Virus record (IMG/VR): IMGVR_UViG_3300032011_000009
Span: 1 to 59,680 of that record
DNA: 59,680 nt
From: a virus
Taxonomy: Duplodnaviria > Caudoviricetes
Direction: 5' to 3' (one strand)
Shown: one piece after another, positions 17,057-27,163 of the stretch
Position numbering within the stretch: position 1 is the first letter of the stretch
How the letters are laid out: each line of letters begins with the position of its first letter
Position numbers and translations under genes: made by a program
The notes under the pieces: generated by a model
Databases searched by the model: none
Told to the model about the DNA's origin: nothing
Seen by the model: the letters and a program-made list of their open reading frames with translations, nothing else

Positions 17057-20000
17057 TTACCCCAATAGTTTAAAGTTGTGGTGGATTGAGCGGGTGCTAA
17101 AGCCCCACTTAGGATCGTATTCAAGACGTGCCATGTAAGGACGATTGATTTGTACGTTGTCTCCGCGCTCAGGCTTCACGCCCCAGCACTTAATCTTCGT
17201 AGTCTTACTGGTAGAGTCGATGACTTCGACAATCCAGTAGATCTTGCCGTGCTTTGTCTTGCGCGGAACAATCTTACGCGGAACGAACCATGCCACTTGA
17301 AGGGCTGGGTCAAACTCGCCGAGTGGTGGCACAAACCTCTCCTCCAGACGACGGCGCACCTTGTCATCCAGAACCAAGTCGAATGGGAACACACCAGTCA
17401 AGTCAACCTTGTACTGGATCAACTCCTCCTCGCTGAAGTCTCCCTCGGGAGCGTATGTCTCGATGTTCTCCATGAACCGCTTCTTATTCTTGGGACGGTC
17501 TACCGCCACACAAGACCAGAAGTGTTTGAGTCCAGAGAACCGGTCGTCCATCAGACCGTTCAGAGCCTGACAGCGAATAAGAACATCGAGTGCCTTCTTG
17601 TTCAGCTTTGAATACGTGATGTTTTCATTAAACAGGAAGTCCTCAATCTCATTGAACGGTCGGTTCGCAATCACCTGCGCGATGGCTGCGTCACCCAATC
17701 CCTTAACCGAAGTCAGAGGCTGAATAAGTGTCTTGCCATCATCGCTGATCTCCCAGACGTTGCCAGACTTGTTGATGTCCAGCGGAGCAATCTCAAACCC
17801 AAAGTTCTTGGCGATGTTGATTGCCTTTTCCTTACGAGACTCAGGCTCCTTGTCCAAGAAAGACGCCATCCACTCAGAAGGATAATAATTCATCAGCCAC
17901 GCGCATTGGAACGAGAGGACCGAGTACGATATTGCATGTGACTTATTGAAGCCATAACCAGAAAAGTACTCAAAAGTATCCCACAGTCCTTCAGCGTCTG
18001 CGAGCTTGATGCCCTTCTCTTGGCAACCTTCAACAAACTTTTTATGAATGCTCGCTTTCTTATCATGTTTACCTGTTCCCTTCTTAGTAAGTAGCTTGCG
18101 AAGCAAGTTACCTTCGTCAAGGGTCAAGTCCTTGCCCAGCCTATGAGCCAGTAGTGCGATCTGCTCTTGGAAGATCAAGAAGCCATAAGTCTCCTGAGTA
18201 ACCTCCTCCACGATTGGGTGCAGATACTTAACATACTGTGGTGCCTGCTTAGCCTCCACATAATCCTTATCGACGCCGGCACTCAAAGGACCGGGGCGGA
18301 AGATCGAAGTGATAGCTGAGATATCGATGATGCTCGATGGCTTAGCGCGGACACAGAAATCTTGTGCGCCGTTCTCGGTAAACTGGAACACTCCACCCCA
18401 CTTGCCGGCGTGAAAGATGTTTGTGTAAACATTCTGATCATCAAAGTTCATCTTATCCGGGTGAAGGTTAGTGTTGTAGAAGTTCCGAATCTCATCGAAG
18501 GTCGGGTGTTCCGTGTCATGGTGACGCTGCAGGATGTGGCGAATAGCACCCTCAATCATTCGGAGGGTAGACAGACCAAGAATATCGAACTTAATGAAGC
18601 CCATAGGTTCAAGGTGTCGAACGTTCTGCCCCTCTGCCCATGGCGTCTGTCGCACACCACCTGAGTTGATAAGCGGCATATACTGGTCAAGGTTCTCAGC
18701 AACCACCACGCCACCAGCATGCCGTGAGCAGGAACGAACCTGACCATACAGAGCCTCAACGTGAGTCTTGACGTGCGGGTATTGGTTTAGAAACTTTTGT
18801 AGCGTGCCACTGAACTCCATGACCTCCTCAAAGGTGGGAGTATACACACCAGCCTTGATTCCATGGCGCTGCTTTGCTGGTCCAGTTGCTTCGTAAAGCA
18901 TAGCGCCAGTAACTGCGTTGACCTCTGTGAACTCAATCCCATAGAACTTTGAAATATCCTTGATGAGTGAGCGTAGCTGCAGCGTGTTCCAGTTGGAGAT
19001 GGGAGCAACAGTATCTTCGCCCCACTCTGCGATCAGTTCTTCTTTAAGAGCCATCGGATCCGACACATCGTAATCGATATCCGGGTAGTCAGTAGCGTCA
19101 GAGCGCAAGAAGCGAGAGAACAGAAGCCCATACTTGATGGGGTCAATCTGAGTGATGCCCAAGGCATATGCCACAAGCGAACCAGCAGCAGAGCCGCGAC
19201 CGGGACCGGTCAGCATCTTCTCGGACGCTTTGTCGGCGATAGCCTTCATGGTCAAAAAGTATTTGCTGAAACCTCTGTCATCAATGACCGCTAGCTCGCG
19301 CCTCAAACGCTCTCGGTATTCCTCATTATCAATGAAGCCCAAGCCCTTGAGCCCTTCCAAGGAATATTGGATTAGCGCTTCGGAAGCCGTGGAGCCTGCA
19401 GGTACCACAAAGTCCGGTAGGCGAACGGTGTTGTCTGGAAAGAACGAATCGATGCGCTCATGAGCGATCTTGTGACCGTTCTTAATCGAAGCGAGCACCA
19501 AGTCATCATCATACTCAGTCCCAGCATCGGCAGAATACTTCCGATATGACTCCCACATCTGGTCGCCGTTCTTGGGATATAGTTCGTAGCCGATCTCCTC
19601 TACATCAATAGGCAGTTCGTTGCTCTCATACGCCGGCTTGCTCTTTCCAAGCCAGCCTAGACGCTTGTATAGTTCACGATCCTTCCAAGCTGTGGGATTA
19701 GGATAGTGACTGTCTGCGGTCGAAACCAAGTCAACACCAAACTCATTGTGCATTTCAATGATGCACTGGTTCAGCGTGTGCTGCTCAGGAACATTGTTCC
19801 ACTGCAGTTCTCCGTACCACCGGTCGCCAAAGACTGACTGCATACGCCTAGTCGTCGTACGCATGCGCTCTAGGCACTGCTCTCTGTCAAAGGAGCGGTT
19901 GCCATCCTCATCAGTCTCCCAGCTATGCCAGAAGTCTTGAGCATAAACGCCACCCAAGCATGCCGAAGATGCGATGATGCCCTCCGAATACTTTTCAAGT

Positions 20001-20509
20001 AGAGCATAATCCATGCGCGGATAACGATAGAAGTTCTCAGTCTTATAGCTTTCAGAAATCAGCTTGAAAAGGTTATTAAGTCCAGTCTGGTTCTGTGCCA
20101 CCAAGACAAGGTGAGCGCGGCGGCGAAGGACATCCTTCACCGTCTTCTTGCTCGCATCCTCATCTTCGATGGTTGTGCCAGACTGAGATTCTTCCTTCTT
20201 GTTCTTGACCTTGGCTCGCGCTTCGTCATATTCAGCCCTCCATTCCGAGATAGACGGAATGAAATAAGCCTCGACGCCGAACACAGGCTTGAAGTTCTTG
20301 CCTTCCGCCTGCATCTTCTTGGCGTGCAGTACCTGATGAGCTAGCCCATTCATATTACCATGATCCGTGAGAGCCAGAGCATCACAACCATTCTGGTATG
20401 CAAAGTCCATGTGCTCCTGCGGATATCCGATAGCATCAAAAATAGAGCCAGCCACGCTATGAGCGTGCAGGTTCACAAACGGGATCTTAGATGAAACGCG
20501 AGTGGTCAT
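17057..20509 (-). CDS. dnaE: DNA polymerase III alpha subunit (family C, DnaE)
   Basis: PHP domain (HAHS, TDHG, GVEAY, DSHY), GPGRGSAAGSLVAY, PDIDYD, HAGGVV, KFDILGL, YGFNKSHA and a C-terminal OB fold. Confidence 0.97.
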   Translation of the reverse strand: MTTRVSSKIPFVNLHAHSVAGSIFDAIGYPQEHMDFAYQNGCDALALTDHGNMNGLAHQVLHAKKMQAEGKNFKPVFGVEAYFIPSISEWRAEYDEARAKVKNKKEESQSGTTIEDEDASKKTVKDVLRRRAHLVLVAQNQTGLNNLFKLISESYKTENFYRYPRMDYALLEKYSEGIIASSACLGGVYAQDFWHSWETDEDGNRSFDREQCLERMRTTTRRMQSVFGDRWYGELQWNNVPEQHTLNQCIIEMHNEFGVDLVSTADSHYPNPTAWKDRELYKRLGWLGKSKPAYESNELPIDVEEIGYELYPKNGDQMWESYRKYSADAGTEYDDDLVLASIKNGHKIAHERIDSFFPDNTVRLPDFVVPAGSTASEALIQYSLEGLKGLGFIDNEEYRERLRRELAVIDDRGFSKYFLTMKAIADKASEKMLTGPGRGSAAGSLVAYALGITQIDPIKYGLLFSRFLRSDATDYPDIDYDVSDPMALKEELIAEWGEDTVAPISNWNTLQLRSLIKDISKFYGIEFTEVNAVTGAMLYEATGPAKQRHGIKAGVYTPTFEEVMEFSGTLQKFLNQYPHVKTHVEALYGQVRSCSRHAGGVVVAENLDQYMPLINSGGVRQTPWAEGQNVRHLEPMGFIKFDILGLSTLRMIEGAIRHILQRHHDTEHPTFDEIRNFYNTNLHPDKMNFDDQNVYTNIFHAGKWGGVFQFTENGAQDFCVRAKPSSIIDISAITSIFRPGPLSAGVDKDYVEAKQAPQYVKYLHPIVEEVTQETYGFLIFQEQIALLAHRLGKDLTLDEGNLLRKLLTKKGTGKHDKKASIHKKFVEGCQEKGIKLADAEGLWDTFEYFSGYGFNKSHAISYSVLSFQCAWLMNYYPSEWMASFLDKEPESRKEKAINIAKNFGFEIAPLDINKSGNVWEISDDGKTLIQPLTSVKGLGDAAIAQVIANRPFNEIEDFLFNENITYSKLNKKALDVLIRCQALNGLMDDRFSGLKHFWSCVAVDRPKNKKRFMENIETYAPEGDFSEEELIQYKVDLTGVFPFDLVLDDKVRRRLEERFVPPLGEFDPALQVAWFVPRKIVPRKTKHGKIYWIVEVIDSTSKTTKIKCWGVKPERGDNVQINRPYMARLEYDPKWGFSTRSIHHNFKLLG

Positions 20510-20515
20510 TTATGC

Positions 20516-20728
20516 TTACGCCTCGTCGATGATGTTGTCAACGAGACGAACGAAATCAGTAGGTCCAAGATCGTTGCCATTGGCACTCTCCTGAATAACG
20601 TGATAACGAAGACCGCCTAGGCGACGATAGACAAGATTGATCTTCTGGCTAAGCGCTGAGACCTCTTCTTCTAGTGTGGCATTCTTCGCAGAGAGCGAAG
20701 GCTTTGTTGATGTTTTAGTTGAGGGCAT
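20516..20728 (-). CDS. Hypothetical protein (start revised to ATG 20728)
   Basis: AAGGAG RBS precedes MPSTK. Confidence 0.6.
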   Translation of the reverse strand: MPSTKTSTKPSLSAKNATLEEEVSALSQKINLVYRRLGGLRYHVIQESANGNDLGPTDFVRLVDNIIDEA

Positions 20729-20729
20729 T

Positions 20730-21641
20730 TTATTCTCCTTGTTTGATGTCCATGCCAATTGGTTTGAGTGTCGAAGCCGGCAAAAGATTGTCCGGACGCT
20801 CGACGTTCGCAGCCTCTGACGAGGCTAAAAACTTACGGTAGTGTTCCCAGTCCTTTATAGAGTGAAACCACGGTGCTTCGACTTTATTAGCTCCCTCTAT
20901 TATAGCAGATCCAAACACAATGTCAAGCGAAAAGTGACGCGCAGAGTATCTTTTTTCAAGTGGTAGCTTCTTGCTGGGGTATTTCTCGTTTTCCTTGGGT
21001 GCATACCAGCCGCCGGTGCCCTTACGCCTGACCTCTCGGCGGAAGCGCTTGAAGTCTTCCGCATCAAAGGTGAAGCTGAGTGGGTGACCCTCGCGGATCG
21101 TTTCGCCATTAGCGGACAAATAGAACCCCTTGCTTGATGAAATCTCTTTACGATATGATCTTAACACAGTCGGGTCATAAATGCCAGTAGAAAATGCAAC
21201 AAAATATCGATCAGGAATAATCCACTTGCTCATCTGGTTTGAGATATGGTACGCGGAGAGCGCTCCGTGGAGTACGCTCCAACCCTGACAGTCTCTCTTG
21301 TCTCTATCGTTTGGGTGGATGGGCACATAAAAAATTGGGATTGGCTGCTTGCTTTCGCTCGGAAACGGATCTTGTGTTCTGTTGACCCACACAGGATCCT
21401 CAACATAATCTCCCAGTCGATGTTTAATAATGGGTGCCACGTCATCGTTGCACACGATCCAAATCGTTTCGCAGCCTGCGTATGCACACTGCACCACAGC
21501 AAGCTCCAATGCAGTGTAGTTTTCTCCCACCGGGACCATACAATTTGGAAGTCCAAGGTTAATGTTCGCTGCCTGCCCTGCAATCGGAATGATGCCGGCA
21601 AGGTGGAACGACTGGGTGTTGCCGGTACCAGATTCGATCAT
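20730..21641 (-). CDS. Nucleotidyltransferase-like protein (GT-A / NTP_transferase fold, divergent)
   Basis: GIIPIAG...LPNCMVPVG...CAYAGCETIWIVCN resembles the N-terminus of sugar-phosphate nucleotidyltransferases, but the G-x-G-x-R loop is degenerate. Confidence 0.6.
   Translation of the reverse strand: MIESGTGNTQSFHLAGIIPIAGQAANINLGLPNCMVPVGENYTALELAVVQCAYAGCETIWIVCNDDVAPIIKHRLGDYVEDPVWVNRTQDPFPSESKQPIPIFYVPIHPNDRDKRDCQGWSVLHGALSAYHISNQMSKWIIPDRYFVAFSTGIYDPTVLRSYRKEISSSKGFYLSANGETIREGHPLSFTFDAEDFKRFRREVRRKGTGGWYAPKENEKYPSKKLPLEKRYSARHFSLDIVFGSAIIEGANKVEAPWFHSIKDWEHYRKFLASSEAANVERPDNLLPASTLKPIGMDIKQGE
20899..20926 (-). promoter_or_regulatory. Gene-internal sigma70-like promoter upstream of dnaE
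   Basis: TTGACA-N16-TATAAT with an extended -10 (TGc), inside the 303-aa CDS. Confidence 0.6.
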
Positions 21642-22522
21642 GAATTCAGTAAAACTTTAGGGATGTATGGGTTAGCCGGCTTGTCATAGCCTTCATGCAG
21701 CAGTTCAGCCAGCATTTCAGGCGGGCTGACATCGTGATAGGTGATTGTTGGTTCAGGTCCATATCCGTGCATAGCAATCCTGTCCTTCTCGCGACGGTCG
21801 AATTCAATCTTCAAAGCATAATGCTTTTGATTACCTGTCTTTGGACAGATACCATTCTTGGTTCCGCGAATACCCATCTCTTTCATAGCAGCCATTGTCG
21901 CAAACCTAGCATAAGTGGGGGAATGCTCAAACATGTCTAACTGCTCCTTGTCTAAATATGAAATAGCACACAGGTCTTTCATGTCGGGGTGATCGCCATC
22001 TAAACGCTCAGAGGGATAAAAAACAATTTCGCGAACAAAGTCCTGAGAAGGCGTAATGATGTGTGTCTCTTTATGCTTCATACCCGAGCGAACATTGAAC
22101 CAGTCTACGACTCTATAAATCTCGCATGCTTTCGTTATAGGAGGCATGCCCTCCACTCCAGTGTCATTGAATATCCACAAGTTGTCATAATTAACTTTCG
22201 TTATTCTGGAGCGATTGGTGCTTGTGATTGTTAATACCTTCTCGCTGTTTAATCGGATAGCTCGTACGTTGTCTGCGAAAGGAACCTGACCGCCCATGGA
22301 AAGCAGCATGTATAAATGATTCCACAGTTCTATCTGCTTCTTGGTCTTGCTTTTTCCGAAGCCGTACACTGAGTAGTCTATCTCTTTATCGAAGTTGTCG
22401 ATTATCTTAGGCGCAGAAGTGCCATACCCAATGATAGGGTGTCCCGTATAGAAAGCGTAAACCAAGGCGCTCAAGCCATAGCCTATGATTACGTCATCCC
22501 ATTGGTAAGTGTGCTCCTTCAT
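21638..22522 (-). CDS. Hypothetical protein with N-terminal Rossmann-like (FAD/NAD-binding) motif
   Basis: DDVIIGYGLSALVYA resembles the GxGxxG dinucleotide-binding strand-helix. Confidence 0.55.
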   Translation of the reverse strand: MKEHTYQWDDVIIGYGLSALVYAFYTGHPIIGYGTSAPKIIDNFDKEIDYSVYGFGKSKTKKQIELWNHLYMLLSMGGQVPFADNVRAIRLNSEKVLTITSTNRSRITKVNYDNLWIFNDTGVEGMPPITKACEIYRVVDWFNVRSGMKHKETHIITPSQDFVREIVFYPSERLDGDHPDMKDLCAISYLDKEQLDMFEHSPTYARFATMAAMKEMGIRGTKNGICPKTGNQKHYALKIEFDRREKDRIAMHGYGPEPTITYHDVSPPEMLAELLHEGYDKPANPYIPKVLLNS

Positions 22523-22797
22523 CCATCCATGAGCGAGGCAAGAACATAGTTTTCCAAGACCAGAAGGTATTTCTGCTCATGGAATTCTAGGCTCTTAACC
22601 ATATGTCTTTCGACCGCAATCGTATCGCCTGTCCTGAGTGTCAAGCTACAGTCTGCTGCTTGCGCTAGCACACGATAATAATCGTACTCTTTCGCTGGTG
22701 CCTTGTAAGCATCGGGCAGCACAAAGCCTTTGTCTTCTTCTTTCACAGCGTTTAGTTCTTCAATCTGAATATAACGGTTCTTTGGTGTGAGTTTCAC
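22519..22797 (-). CDS. groES: Co-chaperonin GroES-like protein (start revised to GTG 22797)
   Basis: LTPKNRYIQIE...GFVLP...GDTIAV...YLLVLENYVLA follows the Cpn10 pattern; GGAGG RBS. Confidence 0.7.
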   Translation of the reverse strand: MKLTPKNRYIQIEELNAVKEEDKGFVLPDAYKAPAKEYDYYRVLAQAADCSLTLRTGDTIAVERHMVKSLEFHEQKYLLVLENYVLASLMDG

Positions 22798-22805
22798 GCT
22801 TCCTC

Positions 22806-24785
22806 CTAAATGGTGCATGAGTCGTTGGTGCAGAATTTAGTTCCTGCGCCGGCGGTTTCAGTTTTGATCCGAACAATCGGTGTAATCTTCTTGTTCATTT
22901 CTCTATATTGTTTCTCGGTGATCGCTTCATATGGAGCCTGCTTGTATCCGGTTTCCTTATAAGCAAGAAATGACACAGCCTTTAGCCTAGTCTCATACAT
23001 TTCAAGCGCACTCTTTAAACTCTCAGCTTCGTGAGGCTGAAAGGTTACTGTTACGGAAACGGAGTTGTCTGCCCAGAAGTGCTGATATTGTGCTGCAATC
23101 TCAAGCTGCTCCCACATCGACACGTCCTTCTTACTCTTCTCAAAGTATGGCTCTTGCACCGGGAACTCCACAACTGTAGTGTTAGGTGAATAGGCGTCAG
23201 GTTCCATCTTATAGCCTGCCTTCTTCAAAGGTCCAAGCAAGTCTGAAGTGTTGGAGAAGCGAATCCTGCGAATGTAATACTCCGACTCGGGGAAGTGAAT
23301 GCCCGGGGTGCTGCCATTAAGAAGAGAAACCGTGCCGCTTGGCTTGATACTCGTCATGCGTACAGAGCGCGGAATACAAAGCCAGTTTGAATATTCCTCA
23401 TCCAGATCCTGCACACGATCATAAGCCTTGTCACACCATTCATAAATCTCGCGACGACCGTGCTTGGCGAATGCCTGCACAACGCCAGACTGCGACAGTC
23501 CAATGCGGCGATTCTTAAGCATGATTGCGTTCGTCTCTGGCCAATGAGTGTTCACCAGCGTAACTGTCTTGCCGTAGAGATATGCGATCTTTAATGTTTT
23601 TAGATAATCGTCATAGTTCTCATGCTTGGCTGGATAAGTCTCGACCAAGCAACAAAGCTCGGCGTCTTCTAACTGTTGTTCGACACAAGGATTGAATCCC
23701 ATGACATGACGATCATCGTCGCGTGGCTCATCCTTGAAGCGTCCACGGGTACGAGCATTGTTCAGCCAGATGTATCCGGGTTCTCCGTTTTGCTGGCTCT
23801 GTGCTGCATGCCAAGAGTAGTCCATGCCGACCAGAGCTTCAAAAGAGTTGTTGGAGCCCCAGCGATGAGAATAAAGCTTGTCCTGATCATTCTTCATAGA
23901 CAAGTATTCCTTGTCGTCGTGCGCACCCAAAGCGAGAGCGGCTGAGCGGCGAACGTTGCCAGCGACAACACACTTACCAATAAGATTCTCGGTGTCTACG
24001 ATGTCTACAGAAGATACAGTTTCGCCGATGCGAGTATCGTACAGTTCCTTAAGGTTATTATGTAGAAGTAACAGAGGCTCATGCCCTGCAGAGGTTCCAC
24101 CAAAGCCCTTGATCTGTGCGCCCATGGGTCGGATCGCACTATAATCAAATCGTGGAACATCATTGCCAAAGTAGTAGCCATCAAGCAGCATGCGAACAGA
24201 GCGAACCCAGCCTTCACGACTGTCATCAATAACGTGGACATCATCAACCCAGTTTGGTTCTCGGATGACTGCGGTGCCAGCGCCCTTCGTGTCAAAGCCG
24301 ACGCCGATGCCCACCATCAATGCATCCATAATCCAAGCAAAAAGGTAGCCGCCCTTGCTGCTCAAATCCTTTGTAGAGCGGAAAGCACAATTGAACAAGC
24401 CAGCGCCAGTGCGCTCTTGCACGAACTTAGTGCCCATCATCCACAGTCCTCGACCGGGGGGCGACCATTTCAGAGTAAAGAGGCGGTCATAGGCATCCTT
24501 TGCGGTGCGCTGTGCCTTTGCATCATTCCACTCAAGCCCTAGACGAGCAACGTGTTGCTTTTGAATGTCAAACATTCCTTCAATGACACGACGGCAGGTC
24601 TGATGCCATTCCTCCGTGCCCACTGCAGCAGGGTCATGCTCCTCTAGCCTTCGCGAGTACGTCCGCTTGAAGGTCACATATCCTAGTGGACCCCATGGTA
24701 CCTGCCGATCACGATAGTTATCAAGAAATGACTCTGATAATCTAAACCGGCGAACCGAAGGGTCGCGTTCCTGTTGTTCATACAT
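22806..24785 (-). CDS. nrdJ: Class II (adenosylcobalamin-dependent) ribonucleotide reductase, monomeric RTPR type
   Basis: PPGRGLW, FNCAF, VAGNVRRSA, FNPCVEQ (thiyl Cys), IKPSGTVS and C-terminal CTNDSC. Confidence 0.93.
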   Translation of the reverse strand: MYEQQERDPSVRRFRLSESFLDNYRDRQVPWGPLGYVTFKRTYSRRLEEHDPAAVGTEEWHQTCRRVIEGMFDIQKQHVARLGLEWNDAKAQRTAKDAYDRLFTLKWSPPGRGLWMMGTKFVQERTGAGLFNCAFRSTKDLSSKGGYLFAWIMDALMVGIGVGFDTKGAGTAVIREPNWVDDVHVIDDSREGWVRSVRMLLDGYYFGNDVPRFDYSAIRPMGAQIKGFGGTSAGHEPLLLLHNNLKELYDTRIGETVSSVDIVDTENLIGKCVVAGNVRRSAALALGAHDDKEYLSMKNDQDKLYSHRWGSNNSFEALVGMDYSWHAAQSQQNGEPGYIWLNNARTRGRFKDEPRDDDRHVMGFNPCVEQQLEDAELCCLVETYPAKHENYDDYLKTLKIAYLYGKTVTLVNTHWPETNAIMLKNRRIGLSQSGVVQAFAKHGRREIYEWCDKAYDRVQDLDEEYSNWLCIPRSVRMTSIKPSGTVSLLNGSTPGIHFPESEYYIRRIRFSNTSDLLGPLKKAGYKMEPDAYSPNTTVVEFPVQEPYFEKSKKDVSMWEQLEIAAQYQHFWADNSVSVTVTFQPHEAESLKSALEMYETRLKAVSFLAYKETGYKQAPYEAITEKQYREMNKKITPIVRIKTETAGAGTKFCTNDSCTI

Positions 24786-26154
24786 TGTTACTTTTACTCC
24801 TGTTTTCTTTATAATTCTTGTATTTTTCTTTCAAGTTCTCTGCTTGTTTCTTGGCAGAGTTCTCTATAATTTCTCCCGGCGTTTCGCCAGTTGGCTGTAG
24901 AACCTTAATCTTTACAGAACCCGGGTCCATAAATATTGGATAGACGAGTCCATCTGGTCCATTTCGATTTTTAGCGACGAAGATTCGTCCTGTATTGTTG
25001 TTTTTGTCGTCAACGGTTCGGGATACAGAGAAAATAAAGTCTGCCACAAAGCACTTATTGAAAGCTTCACTGATTGACTCCATTGTAATAACTTCTGCAT
25101 TCAGCCCCGACCTGTTTGTTTGAGAAGCAGTCCACACGGGGCACTTGTTCTCTTGTGCAATCGCTCGCAACTCTTCGTATATAGATTCGAGTTCTGTTCT
25201 CTTCTCTTTCTGGTACGCAATTGGTCGCAATAGATCGCCGTAATCAACAATAATAATATCCGGCTTAATGTCTCGCTTCCGCAGCTTCTCCAAGTGAGTT
25301 GATAGCGTGCGTGAGCTAGCAGATTTTGTCGGATACTCTTTAATAATTAGTCTACCTTCGATCTCTTGGACCGCTTCATACACTAATTCTTTCAATTGGA
25401 ACAAATCATTTAGCGGCACACCAGTCAGGCAAGAATCATAGCGGTTTCCGATGGAGGCTTCGGACAGTTCTAGCGTGTAATGAACAACCGTTTTACCGTC
25501 CTTAATCGCCTGAGCGCCCAAGTGTGTGAGGACCATCGACTTGCCAGCGCCAGTCGGGGCAATGACAACTCCCAATTCGCCAGAACCTAGACCACCTTTG
25601 CAGAGGCTATCCATTTCGCTCCAGCCCATCGAAATCGCATTGCGAGCCTTGAGTTGGAAACGAGCCTCAAAGTCCTTAACATAGTCGTGACCAAAGTTGT
25701 TGTCGCTGCCCAGCTTCAGAGCAGTGTTAATCACCGAACTGATCTCATCAAAGGAAGAACTCTGAAGCAACTTTACAGACTCCATCATCGCTTCCTTAAG
25801 CTTCTGCTTTCGGCAGAAGTCCAGCGACACTTCTTTAATGTACCCTCGCCCTTCAACCTCAGAATTACAAATGCGAGCAAAGTAGCTACGCACCTGCTGC
25901 TTATCAGTTTCTGTCTCGTTCTCCAATTCGGAACGCAGGACAGTCATCATAATCTTTTGTGTTGGGTGTACGCTGTACTTCTCGCGATACCCAAACACCT
26001 GCTTGACGAAAGCCCGAAGATACGACAGTTCCAAAAAGTTAATGTCCAGCACCTCAGCAATCTGATCCGCGAACGGACGATCCTCTAAGATAAGCTGGCA
26101 CAATCCTTCTTGAAAGCCTTTTCCGAATTTGCTGAAACTTGGTTGATCTGACAT
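24778..26154 (-). CDS. Replicative SF4 DnaB/gp41-like helicase (start revised to ATG 26154)
   Basis: Walker A APTGAGKS, TLELS, IIVDYGDL, TASQTNR and KNRNG. The ORF-track ATG at 26178 falls inside a -10 box. Confidence 0.93.
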   Translation of the reverse strand: MSDQPSFSKFGKGFQEGLCQLILEDRPFADQIAEVLDINFLELSYLRAFVKQVFGYREKYSVHPTQKIMMTVLRSELENETETDKQQVRSYFARICNSEVEGRGYIKEVSLDFCRKQKLKEAMMESVKLLQSSSFDEISSVINTALKLGSDNNFGHDYVKDFEARFQLKARNAISMGWSEMDSLCKGGLGSGELGVVIAPTGAGKSMVLTHLGAQAIKDGKTVVHYTLELSEASIGNRYDSCLTGVPLNDLFQLKELVYEAVQEIEGRLIIKEYPTKSASSRTLSTHLEKLRKRDIKPDIIIVDYGDLLRPIAYQKEKRTELESIYEELRAIAQENKCPVWTASQTNRSGLNAEVITMESISEAFNKCFVADFIFSVSRTVDDKNNNTGRIFVAKNRNGPDGLVYPIFMDPGSVKIKVLQPTGETPGEIIENSAKKQAENLKEKYKNYKENRSKSNNV

Positions 26155-26173
26155 TTCTTTTCCCGTTGTAGAG

Positions 26174-26202
26174 ATCATAACCTATTTGTCACTTATTGTC
26201 AA
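26174..26202 (-). promoter_or_regulatory. Sigma70-like promoter upstream of the helicase
   Basis: TTGACA-N17-TATGAT overlapping the 3' end of the exonuclease gene. Confidence 0.65.
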
Positions 26203-27163
26203 CCACTATTCGTCTCATACATTGAAATAATGACGACCAATCAAATGTGCCGAAACCATCTTCGATCATCATGCCTTGAACGCCAGTTTTATTAAAAAGC
26301 TGCTCCGCGTCTTCGATTGCAAACCGGACCTTCGACTTGCCCTGTGGGGATAGCGACGGAGCATATAGCTGCATCAGCTTGTAGTTCTGCGCGATCCTAT
26401 CCTCATTCTCAAGAATCGAAGTGTAAACTTTTAATTTCGAGTCGGCTGTAATCTGCATCCGGCAGTGGTTCAAAAGGTTATTAATCGTACAGAACTCTTC
26501 ATCCTTAAAGAATTCAAAGCGCTTCTTGATAGTACCCAAACCTATACCAGCCACACCGGGCAAGTTGTCGGATTTGTCTCCTGCGATGGCGCGGGCTAGT
26601 GCCATGTTATTCGGGTGAATATTATACTCCTCGACCAATCGCTTCGTGTTCATAACCTGCTTCTGGATTGGTCGGAACACCACAGTGCTATCATCACACA
26701 GTTGAAAGAAGTCCTTGTCACTGGAGACAATCACCTTCTGCCAGTCAGCAAAGTGCGAAAGCTTAGAAACATAGGCAATAACGTCATCAGCTTCCACTGC
26801 CGGAAGCATGGTCTGAGAGATTGGCATCTCGTTCAAATACTCAATCAGGCGAGTCTGTTGCCAGACCTTGTTCTCCATTTCTTCATTCTCGGACAGGTTT
26901 CGGATATCACGATTAAGACGGATAGGCTTGCGACCCTCTTTGTAGCCCTTGTTGACAGCCTTGCGCTTCTGTGATCCTCCTGCTCCGTCCCATGCAATCA
27001 CAATATGATCTGGCTTGGTTTCTCGTACAAGCTTCTGGAGGATCTTAAGGAAACCCTTTACGCCTCCAATGGGCTGACCGTTAGTGGAAAGGCTAGGATC
27101 CACGATGTATGCACGAAAATACATATTCAGTGCGTCAATAATTAATACTCTTGGCTGGCTCAT
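26189..27163 (-). CDS. 5'-3' exonuclease / flap endonuclease (T4 RNase H, PolA N-domain family)
   Basis: IIDALN, AWDG, YKEGR, EADDVIA, SSDKDFFQL and GDKSDNLPGVAGIG. Confidence 0.93.
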   Translation of the reverse strand: MSQPRVLIIDALNMYFRAYIVDPSLSTNGQPIGGVKGFLKILQKLVRETKPDHIVIAWDGAGGSQKRKAVNKGYKEGRKPIRLNRDIRNLSENEEMENKVWQQTRLIEYLNEMPISQTMLPAVEADDVIAYVSKLSHFADWQKVIVSSDKDFFQLCDDSTVVFRPIQKQVMNTKRLVEEYNIHPNNMALARAIAGDKSDNLPGVAGIGLGTIKKRFEFFKDEEFCTINNLLNHCRMQITADSKLKVYTSILENEDRIAQNYKLMQLYAPSLSPQGKSKVRFAIEDAEQLFNKTGVQGMMIEDGFGTFDWSSLFQCMRRIVVDNK

